Shown here piece after piece: positions 49,861-59,876 of a stretch of 64,000 nucleotides of DNA. The stretch covers positions 682,001 through 746,000 of the forward strand of contig NIVC01000051.1 of the NCBI GenBank assembly GCA_002269645.1, given 5' to 3'. Both the position numbers and the translations under genes were made by a program. Each line of letters begins with the position of its first letter. Position 1 is the stretch's first letter. Under the pieces are notes generated by a model. That model did not search any database, had not been told where the DNA came from, and saw only the letters and a list, made by a program, of their open reading frames with translations. This DNA is from Macrostomum lignano (Eukaryota).

Positions 49861-50139
49861 GAAAGTTTAATTAACAAAAAATTGAGACTAGTGAAAAAAT
49901 ATATATAAAGATCTTCATATGCTCCGTTTTACTGATATAAATATTTTGTTTGTTGCACCTTCCTCCGCACCCATGAGAAATGCCGGCTGCTTCACCCGGC
50001 TGCTTGCCGTTATTTTTCTTCTCTTTTTTTCGAATAAGAGTGCTTTGATTATTTTTACTCAATAATTAACTTCTTCGGTGTTTGACTTTGAAATTTTGTG
50101 CATTTGCGTTTTCATTCGGGTACACCGTAGTGTAAAGAC

Positions 50140-51760
50140 ACCAATTCTTCAGTAAGCCCCGATTCTTCTGGGCTGTCTTATGCCAGACGCCAATTCTTCA
50201 GTAAGCCCCGATTCTTCTGGGCTGTCTTATGCCAGACGCCAATTCTTCAGTAAGCCCCGATTCTTCTGGGCTGTCTTATGCCAGACGCCAATTCTTCAGT
50301 AAGCCCCGATTCTTCTGGGCTGTCTTATGCCAGACGCCAATTCTTCAGTAAGCCCCGATTCTTCTGGGCTGTCTTATGCCAGACGCCAATTCTTCAGTAA
50401 GCCCCGATTCTTCTGGGCTGTCTTATGCCAGACGCCAATTCTTCAGTAAGCCCCGATTCTTCTGGGCTGTCTTATGCCAGACACCAATTCTTCAGTAAGC
50501 CCCGATTCTTCTGGGCTGTCTTATGCCAGACACCAATTCTTCAGTAAGCCCCGATTCTTCAGTAAGCCTTGATTCTTACTCGTAAGTAGACCTTGTTTCT
50601 TTATTAAGCACCGATTCTTCAGTAAGCCTTGATTGTTAAGTAGACCTTGATTTTTCAGTAAGTCTTGATTCTTCAGTAAGTCTTGATTCTTCAGTAAGCC
50701 TTGATTCTTAAGTAGACCTTGATTTTTCAGTAAGTCTTGATTCTTCAGTAAGCCTTGATTCTTACTCGTAAGTAGACCTTGTTTCTTTATTAAGCACCGA
50801 TTCTTCAGTAAGCCTTGATTCTTAAGTAGACCTTGATTTTTCAGTAAGTCTTGATTCTTCAGTAAGTCTTGATTCTTCAGTAAGCCTTGATTCTTAAGTA
50901 GACCTTGATTTTTCAGTAAGTCTTGATTCTTCAGTAAGCACCGATTCTTCAGTAAGTCTTGATTCTTCAGTAAGTCTTGATTCTTCAGTAAGCCTTGATT
51001 CTTAAGTAGACCTTGATTCTTCAGTAAGTCTTGATTCTTCAGTAAGCACCGATTCTTCAGTAAGTCTTGATTCTTCAGTAAGTCTTGATTCTTCAGTAGA
51101 CCTTGATTCTTCAGTAAGCACCGATTCTTCAGTAAGTCTTGATTCTTAAGTAGGCCTTGATTCTTCAGTAAGCCCCGATTCTTCAGTAAGCCCCGATTCT
51201 TTAGTAAGCACCGATTCTTCAGTAAGCCCCAATTCTTCAGTAAGCCCCGATTCTTCAGTAAGCCCCGATTCTTCAGTAAGCCCCGATTCTTCAGTAAGCC
51301 CCGATTCTTCAGTAAGCCCCGATTCTTTAGTAAGCACCGATTCTTCAGTAAGTCTTGATTCTTCAGTAGACCTTGATTCTTCAGTAAGCACCGATTCTTC
51401 AGTAAGTCACGATTCTTCAGTAAGCCCTGATTCTTCAGTAAGCTCCGATTCTTCAGTAAGTCTTGATTCTTCAGTAGGCCTTGATTCTTCAGTAGGCCTT
51501 GATTCTTCAGTAAGCCCCGATTCTTCAGTAGGCCTTGATTCTTCAGTAAGCACCGATTCTTCAGTAAGCACTGATTCTTCAGTAAGCACCGATTCTTCAG
51601 TAGGCCTTGATTCTTCAGTAAGTCTTGATTCTTCAGTAGGCCTTGATTCTTCAGTAAGCACCGATTCTTCAGTAGGCCTTGATTCTTCAGTAGGCCTTGG
51701 TTCTTCAGTAGCCTTGATTCTTCAGTAAGCCCCGATTCTTTAGTAAGCCCGACTCTCCAA
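50140..51760. repeat. Composite array: 49-bp unit (~8 copies, 50141-50545) grading into an 18-bp unit (GATTCTTCAGTAAGCCCC)
   Basis: CCAATTCTTCAG recurs at 50141, 50190 and onward (49-bp period); 18-bp monomers dominate after ~50930. Confidence 0.95.
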
Positions 51761-52314
51761 CAAGTCCCGATTATTCATTAGGCTCCGATTTTTCTACAAG
51801 CGTCGAATCTTTAATACCGTTAGTAAGCCCAGATGCTTCCGTAAGCGCTGTGATTATTCAGTAAGCGCTTATTTTCCCATACAGGTAGTCCTTTATCAGA
51901 CGCCTAATAGTCCGCATTGAGTGCCAATCATAGCCAGCAGCACTGACGGTGCAATGTTTAACTTCAGTAAAAAATAAACAGCTGACGGGAAAAGAAGCTA
52001 CCAGGTGCTCAGCCTGGACCATAAAAAATTCCAGTTTGCATGCAGGCTGCTGCCAATAGAAGCCGAGTGTCAACATCACAGCTTCTGTAAAACAATGGGG
52101 GGGGGTTACTAGCGGCCACTGGGCACTAATTCTCAGACAGGAAATCAATATAGCCAGGAAATTGTTGACTTTCGCTTAGCAAATGCAAATCAACATACAG
52201 AGCCCAGGATCCTTAAAATCAACTGGACTGGAGAACCGAAATTGTACACGTTGAATTTTTTCACTACTAAGGAGATTTCGCTTTGATAATTAAGGATTTC
52301 TGATAAATTGCAGG

Positions 52315-52490
52315 CTAGCTGTAGCCTATTGAGCCTCGGACTCACGGCTGAAAGGTCGGGGGTTCGATTCCCGATCCCACTGGAACAATTTGTGTCCTTG
52401 AGCAAGACAATTAACTCTACATTGCTTCAGTTCACCCAGCTGTAAAATGGGTTACCAGCATTAGCTGGGGTAATTGAGGGTGTGCGGCGA
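52315..52490 (+). mobile_element. tRNA-headed CORE-type SINE
   Basis: B-box GGGTTCGATTCCCG is followed by TGTGTCCTTGAGCAAGACAATTAACTC...GCTTCAGTTCACCCAGCTGTAAAATGGG, resembling the recalled CORE (MIR-like) domain. Confidence 0.75.
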
Positions 52491-52802
52491 CCCCCCAGTC
52501 CTTGGACTGAACAGCCGTACGCAGCCTTCAGATGCGCCGCGCAAATAGCTGCGGCTGAGCTGTCGGTTGCTCATCTGCCATTGGATGCAGTGCTGACTAA
52601 CTTTCGCCAGCTCGCTTCCAGTCCAGTTGACTTCCAGAGTCCATGACTTGGTGGAAAATTTATGAACAAAACACCCAGCCTCTCACAGTGACTACGGCAA
52701 GAATTTTATAGCTATCAAGTACCATTGCCAGTGGTCACGGCAGCTCCAGTGGCGACAGACACGACTCACGTGGACTCAGAAACGCTTGGAATTTTCATAA
52801 AA

Positions 52803-55800
52803 ATGCAACTCGCTCAACTCCTGCTGCTCATCTCAGCCGTGGCCGCCGGCAGCGCTTTGGACTTGCACGAAGTCCACAGCAGCAGCTGGTCGGGCGGTCG
52901 AGTCCGCCACTTTGCTCTCTCCTTCATCAAGCAAGCCAGCGATGTGCTGCAGTGCGCTGCACAGGCTGCCAAGCACCTGCTCGCTCATCAGCTGATTGTC
53001 TTCATCCCTCGGGATGGGGCACAGCAGCCGCAGTGCATCGTGGGTGAGTGAGTCCTGGCTGCATTGCGTTGCCGAGACCTGTGTGTGACCAGTGACTGTA
53101 GTGTGTGAACAGTGTCTGTAGTGTGTGACCAGTGTCTGCAGTGTGTGACCAGTGACTGTATTTGTGACCAGTGACTGTAGTGTGTGAGCAGTGACTGTAG
53201 TGTGCGACCAGTGACTGTGGTGTGTGACCAGTGACTGTAGTGTGCGACCAGTGACTGTAGTGTGTGACCAGTGACTGTAGTGTGCGACCAGTGACTGTAG
53301 TGTGTGACCAGTGACTGTAGTGTGTGACCAGTGACTGTAGTATGTGAACAGTGACTGTAGTGTGTGAACAGTGTCTGCAGTGTGTGACCAGTGACTGTAG
53401 TGTGTGACCAGTGACTGTAGTGTGTGAGCAGTGTCTGCAGTGTGTGACCAGTGTCTGCAGTGTGTGAGCAGTGTCTGCAGTGTGTGAACAGTGTCTGCAG
53501 TGTGTGACCAGTGACTGTAGTGTGTGAGCTCTCACAGTGTCTGCAGTGTGTGAGCAGTGTTTGCAGTGTGTGAACAGTGTCTGCTCTGTGTGACCAGTGT
53601 CTGTAGTGTGTGAACAGTGTCTGCAGTGTGTGAGCAGTGTCTGCAGTGTGTGAGCAGTGTCTGCAGTGTGTGAACAGTGTCTGCAGTGTGTGAGCAGTGT
53701 CTGCAGTGTGTGGGCAGTGTCTGCAGTGTGTGAACAGTGTCTGCAGTGTGTGAACAGTGTCTGCAGTGTGTGAAGTGTCTGCAGTGTGTGAACAGTGTCT
53801 GCAGTGTGTGAGCAGTGTCTGCAGTGTGTGAACAGTGTCTGCAGTGTGTGAGCAGTGTCTGCAGTGTGTGAACAGTGTCTGCAGTGTGTGACCAGTGACT
53901 GTAGTGTGTGAGCAGTGTCTGCAGTGTGTGACCAGTGTCTGCAGTGTGTGAACAGTGTCTGCAGTGTGTGACCAGTGACTGTAGTGTGTGACCAGTGACT
54001 GTAGTGTGTGAGCAGTGACTGTAGTGTGTGACCAGTAACTGTAGTGTGTGAGCAGTGTCTGCAGTGTGTGACCAGTGACTGTAGTGTGTGACCAGTGACT
54101 GTAGTGTGTGAGCAGTGACTGTATTTGTGACCAGTATCTGCAGTGTGTGACCAGTGACTGTAGTGTGTGACCAGTGACTGTAGTGTGTGAGCAGTGTCTG
54201 CAGTGTGTGAGCAGTGACTGTAGTGTGTGACCAGTGTCTGCAGTGTGTGACCAGTAACTGTAGTGTGTGAACAGTGTCTGCAGTGTGTGACCAGTGACTG
54301 TAGTGTGTGAGCAGTGTCTGCAGTGTGTGACCAGTGGCTGTAATGTGTGAGCAGTGTCTGTTGTGTGTGACCAGTGACTGCAGTGTGTGAGCAGTGTCTG
54401 CTGTGTGTGACCAGTGTCTGCAGTGTGTGACCAGTGACTGTAGTGTGTGACCAGTGACTGTAGTGTGTGAACAGTGTCTGCAGTGTGTGACCAGTGACTG
54501 TTGTGTGTGAACAGTGTCTGCAGTGTGTGAGCAGTGTCTGCAGTGTGTGACCAGTGACTGTAGTATGTGACCAGTGACTGTAGTGTGTGAACAGTGTCTG
54601 CAGTGTGTGACCAGTGACTGTAGTGTGTGACCAGTAACTGTAGTGTGTGAGCAGTGTCTGCAGTGTGTGAACAGTGTCTGCAGTGTGTGAACAGTGTCTG
54701 CAGTGTGTGAGCTCTCACAGTGTCTGCAGTGTGTGAGCAGTGTCTGCAGTGTGTGAGCTCTCACAGTGTCTGCAGTGTGTGAGCAGTGTTTGCAGTGTGT
54801 GAGCAGTGTCTGCAGTGTGTGAGCAGTGTCTGCAGTGTGTGAATAGTGTCTGCTGTGTGTGAGCAGTGTCTGCAGTGTGTGAGCAGTGTCTGCAGTGTGT
54901 GAGCAGTGTCTGCAGTGTGTGAGCAGTGTCTGCAGTGTGTGAGCAGTGTCTGCAGTGTGTGGGCAGTGTCTGTAGTGTGTGAACAGTGTCTGCAGTGTGT
55001 GAGCAGTGTCTGCAGTGTGTGACCAGTGTCTGTAGAGTGTGAACAGTGTCTGCAGTGTGTGAGCAGTGTCTGCAGTGTGTGAGCAGTGTCTGCAGTGTGT
55101 GAGCAGTGTCTGCAGTGTGTGAGCAGTGTCTGCAGTGTGTGAGCAGTGTCTGCAGTGTGTGGGCAGTGTCTGTAGTGTGTGAACAGTGTCTGCAGTGTGT
55201 GAGCAGTGTCTGCAGTGTGTGAGCAGTGTCTGCAGTGTGTGGGCAGTGTCTGTAGTGTGTGGGCAGTGTCTGCAGTGTGTGGGCAGTGTCTGCAGTGTGT
55301 GAACAGTGTCTGCAGTGTGTGAGCAGTGTCTGCAGTGTGTGGGCAGTGTCTGTAGTGTGTGGGCAGTGTCTGCAGTGTGTGGGCAGTGTCTGCAGTGTGT
55401 GAACAGTGTCTGCAGTGTGTGAGCTCTCACAGTGTCTGCAGTGTGTGAGCTCTCACAGTGTCTGCAGTGTGTGAGCAGTGTTTGCAGTGTGTGAACAGTG
55501 TCTGCAGTGTGTGGGCAGTGTCTGCAGTGTGTGGGCAGTGTCTGCAGTGTGTGAACAGTGTCTGCAGTGTGTGAGCTCTCACAATGTCTGCAGTGTGTGA
55601 GCAGTGTCTGCAGTGTGTGAACAGTGTCTGCAGTGTGTGAGCAGTGTCTGCAGTGTGTGGGCAGTGTCTGCAGTGTGTGAACAGTGTCTGCAGTGTGTGA
55701 ACAGTGTCTGCAGTGTGTGAAGTGTCTGCAGTGTGTGAACAGTGTCTGCAGTGTGTGAGCAGTGTCTGCAGTGTGTGAACAGTGTCTGCAGTGTGTGAGC

Positions 55801-58036
55801 AGTGTCTGCAGTGTGTGAACAGTGTCTGCAGTGTGTGACCAGTGACTGTAGTGTGTGAGCAGTGTCTGCAGTGTGTGACCAGTGTCTGCAGTGTGTGAAC
55901 AGTGTCTGCAGTGTGTGACCAGTGACTGTAGTGTGTGACCAGTGACTGTAGTGTGTGAGCAGTGACTGTAGTGTGTGACCAGTAACTGTAGTGTGTGAGC
56001 AGTGTCTGCAGTGTGTGACCAGTGACTGTAGTGTGTGACCAGTGACTGTAGTGTGTGAGCAGTGACTGTATTTGTGACCAGTATCTGCAGTGTGTGACCA
56101 GTGACTGTAGTGTGTGACCAGTGACTGTAGTGTGTGAGCAGTGTCTGCAGTGTGTGAGCAGTGACTGTAGTGTGTGACCAGTGTCTGCAGTGTGTGACCA
56201 GTGACTGTAGTGTGTGAACAGTGTCTGCAGTGTGTGACCAGTGGCTGTAGTGTGTGAGCAGTGTCTGCAGTGTGTGACCAGTGGCTGTAATGTGTGAGCA
56301 GTGTCTGTTGTGTGTGACCAGTGACTGTAGTGTGTGAGCAGTGTCTGCTGTGTGTGAGCAGTGTCTGCTGTGTGTGACCAGTGACTGTAGTGTGTGAGCA
56401 GTCGCTCTCTCAGTTTATGTAGTGTGTGACTATGAGTACTTTCTACAGTGTGAGCAGTGTCTGCAGTGTGTGACCAGTGACTGTAGTGTGAACACTCACA
56501 GTGTTAGTTTGCAGTGTGAGCAGCAGTGGCTCTTACAGTGTCTGCAGTGTGTGAGCAGTGTCTGTAGTGTGTGAACAGTGTCTGCAGTGTGTGAGCAGTG
56601 TCTGCAGTGTGTGAGCAGTGTCTGCAATGTGTGAGCAGTGTGTGCAATGTGTGAACAGTGTCTGCAGTGTGTGAACAGTGTCTGCAGTGTGTGAACAGTG
56701 TCTGCAGTGTGTGAGCAGTGTCTGCAGTGTGTGAGCAGTGTCTGCAATGTGTGAACAGTGTCTGCAGTGTGTGAACAGTGACTGCAGTGTGTGAACAGTG
56801 TCTGCAGTGTGTGAGCAGTGTCTGCAGTGTGTGAACAGTGTCTGCAGTGTGTGAACAGTGACTGCAGTGTGTGAACAGTGTCTGCAGTGTGTGAGCAGTG
56901 TCTGCAGTGTGTGAACAGTGTCTGCAGTGTGTGAGCAGTGTCTGCTGTGTGTGACCAGTGTCTGCAGTGTGTGAGCAGTGTCTGCAGTGTGTGAGCAGTG
57001 TTTGCAGTGTGTGAACAGTGACTGCAGTGTGTGAACAGTGTCTGCAGTGTGTGAGCAGTGTCTGCAGTGTGTGAACAGTGTCTGCAGTGTGTGAGCAGTG
57101 TCTGCAGTGTGTGAGCAGCAGTGCAGCCGCAGCTAGCATCTCACATCATTACTCATGCTCCATGCCTTAAACCTGATGAAGCTGCTCACCCAGCTGAGCT
57201 CATTCGCATTCCAGCAAACCGAAGTGGCGCTGTGTGTCGCAGACTGACGCCTCACACTCACCAGTCTCCGTGCTGCATCAGGGTGAGTAGCAAGCGTGCA
57301 CTGACTCACCTGACAGCCAGGTAACTGACAGCACTTGCCTGACCGCAGCTCTCAATGCCTCACTACAGGTGTTTGTGACGTCACTCAGCGACTGCTGGAT
57401 CAGCATCCAGCGTCGGGTGGACAACTCGACAGACTTCTATCGCAACTGGACCGAGTACGCAGCCGGCTTCGGAGAGGGAGCCCACACGAACCACTGGCTC
57501 GGTGAGTGCAGTGCAGTGCGGTCATGACGGTATTGATGCACTTTTTGATAGCGCTGGCCTCCTGTGGCTGTGAGCTGCTCAGCATTGAGCTGTGCTTGAC
57601 AACTGCAGGTCTGCGAGCTGTGCACTCTCTGACCTGGCCGTCTGGTCGAGCACTTCGCATGCGAATGAGGCTGTGGAATGGCACGGAGTTCTGGGCCGAC
57701 TACTCCAGCTTCTCCGTGGCCAGCGAGGCCGACAAGTTCCGTTTGAATGTCTCCGGTTTCCATGGCAGCCACCCGAGTCTGGGAGACGTCATGGCCTTCC
57801 ACAATGGCATGCAGTTCAGCACCATCGACTCTGACAACGATGCAGGAGATGGCAGCTGTAGTCTGACATACAAAGGAGGCTGGTGGTATGGTCTGTGTCA
57901 TCAGACCAACCCGAACGGCCTGTATTTTAATCCCCCAGAAGCTCTTCACCTGTCAGTGGAAGCCGTCGGTATTTCCTGGTATTATCCCTTCGGCAACTTC
58001 TACTCAATGAAGGAGTTTGAAATGCTTGTTAAGTAA
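52803..58036 (+). CDS. Secreted FReD protein, copy C, 4 exons
   Basis: Exons 52803-53043, 57137-57282, 57369-57501 and 57609-58036. Same signal peptide as copy B; GGWWYGLCHQTNPNG. Confidence 0.9.
53080..57118. repeat. 20-bp minisatellite in FReD-C intron 1, expanded to ~4 kb
   Basis: Same unit as in A and B. Rare variant markers recur with a ~1.95-kb offset (GTATTTGTGACCAGTATCTGCAG near 54121 and 56069). Confidence 0.98.
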
Positions 58037-58461
58037 TTTTTTGTAGTATCTATCATGTAGAGACGTTAATCCTGTTTCAATAAGTGATAAAAAACTATTT
58101 GGCAATTTTATGCCATATAAGCTGAATTCCAATTTTCAAATTTCTAGTTTGGGTTGTGTACGGTCGTTGATTGAACGTTTTCAGAATTAAACAAATCTTC
58201 ATAACCTTCTATGATAAAATTTTCTTTATCCGTCTCAGAGATTATAATTTTTAGAAAACGCCGTTTGTACTTTCTTATAAAGGTTCCTTTTATGTGGTTT
58301 GCTTGAAGGGCTATCAAATTTATGCTTTGCGCTAGGCCCAAAATCAGATTTAAATTTGATGAGGTCAACTTTTATAGTGCTTATTTCGCTTCATTTGCTA
58401 CAGTTTGAAGTTGAAACTGATCAAGCTATAATCTGAACACTGTAGACTTCGAGCCGCTTTG

Positions 58462-58572
58462 CGAAAGGTTTGATGCTACCGCTTTGGAGAGGCTGTTTGA
58501 TGCTACCGCTTTGATGAAGCGGTTTGATGCTACCGCTTTGATGAGGCGGTTTGATGCTACCGTTTTGGAGAG
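58462..58572. repeat. ~27-bp repeat (GGTTTGATGCTACCGCTTTGATGAGGC), 4 copies, leading into the 119-bp satellite
   Basis: TTTGATGCTACCG recurs four times. Confidence 0.85.
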
Positions 58573-59876
58573 GTGCTGAGAGTAGCGGGCCAGTCTGTGT
58601 GCGTCATCTTTGCAGCTGTGTGCATTAGCTCCATCTAGTGTCATTTCTAAGCTTTCCATTTGATTCTATATATTGACAGTGCTAGTTAGAGATGCTGAGA
58701 GTAGCGGGCCAGTCTGTGTGCGTCATCTTTGCAGCTGTGTATATTAGCTCCATCTAGTGTCATTTCTAAGCTCTCCATTTGATTCTACATATTGACAGCG
58801 CTAGTTAGAGATGCTGAGAGTAGCGGGCCAGTCTGTGTGCGTCATCTTTGCAGCTGTGTATATTAGCTCCATCTAGTGTCATTTCTAAGCTCTCCATTTG
58901 ATTCTACATATTGACAGCGCTAGTTAGAGATGCTGAGAGTAGCGGGCCAGTCTGTGTGCGTCATCTTTGCAGCTGTGTGCATTAGCTCCATCTAGTGTCA
59001 TTTCTAAGCTCTCCATTTGATTCTACATATTGACAGCGCTAGTTAGAGATGCTGAGAGTAGCGGGCCAGTCTGTGTGCGTCATCTTTGCAGCTGTGTGCA
59101 TTAGCTCCATCTAGTGTCATTTCTAAGCTCTCCATTTGATTCTACATATTGACAGCGCTAGTTAGAGATGCTGAGAGTAGCGGGCCAGTCTGTGTGCGTC
59201 ATCTTTGCAGCTGTGTGCATTAGCTCCATCTAGTGTCATTTCTAAGCTCTCCATTTGATTCTACTCGTACATATTGACAGCGCTAGTTAGAGATGCTGAG
59301 AGTAGCGGGCCAGTCTGTGTGCGTCATCTTTGCAGCTGTGTATATTAGCTCCATCTAGTGTCATTTCTAAGCTCTCCATTTGATTCTACATATTGACAGC
59401 GCTAGTTAGAGATGCTGAGAGTAGCGGGCCAGTCTGTGTGCGTCATCTTTGCAGCTGTGTGCATTAGCTCCATCTAGTGTCATTTCTAAGCTCTCCATTT
59501 GATTCTACATATTGACAGCGCTAGTTAGAGATGCTGAGAGTAGCGGGCCAGTCTGTGTGCGTCATCTTTGCAGCTGTGTGCATTAGCTCCATCTAGTGTC
59601 ATTTCTAAGCTCTCCATTTGATTCTACATATTGACAGCGCTAGTTAGAGATGCTGAGAGTAGCGGGCCAGTCTGTGTGCGTCATCTTTGCAGCTGTGTGC
59701 ATTAGCTCCATCTAGTGTCATTTCTAAGCTCTCCATTTGATTCTACATATCGACAGCGCTAGTTAGAGATGCTGAGAGTAGCGGGCCAGTCTGTGTGCGT
59801 CATCTTTGCAGCTGTGTGCATTAGCTCCATCTAGTGTCATTTCTAAGCTCTCCATTTGATTCTACATATCGACAGC
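58573..59876. repeat. 119-bp tandem satellite, ~11 near-identical copies
   Basis: GATGCTGAGAGTAGCGGG starts at 58691, 58810 and 58929 (119-bp period); one copy has a ~6-bp insertion near 59264. Confidence 0.97.

Noticed and set aside
52340-52385. tRNA gene
   Set aside because: Only a B-box-like T-arm is present; no full cloverleaf is seen and it continues into a SINE CORE body.
37305-57139. 400-630 aa His/Thr-rich ORFs (HTADTAHTLQTLLTHCRHCS) suggesting metal-binding proteins
   Set aside because: Translations of the 20-bp FReD intron-1 minisatellite; all three frames give the same permuted peptide.
58144-58368. 74-aa minus-strand ORF (KGTFIRKYKRRFLKIIISE...)
   Set aside because: Short, AT-rich, no ATG start and no recognisable motif.
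58573-59876. 119-bp tandem unit as a 5S rRNA or hammerhead-ribozyme array
   Set aside because: The length matches 5S, but neither strand shows 5S ends or internal boxes, and there is no CTGANGA/GAAA hammerhead core.
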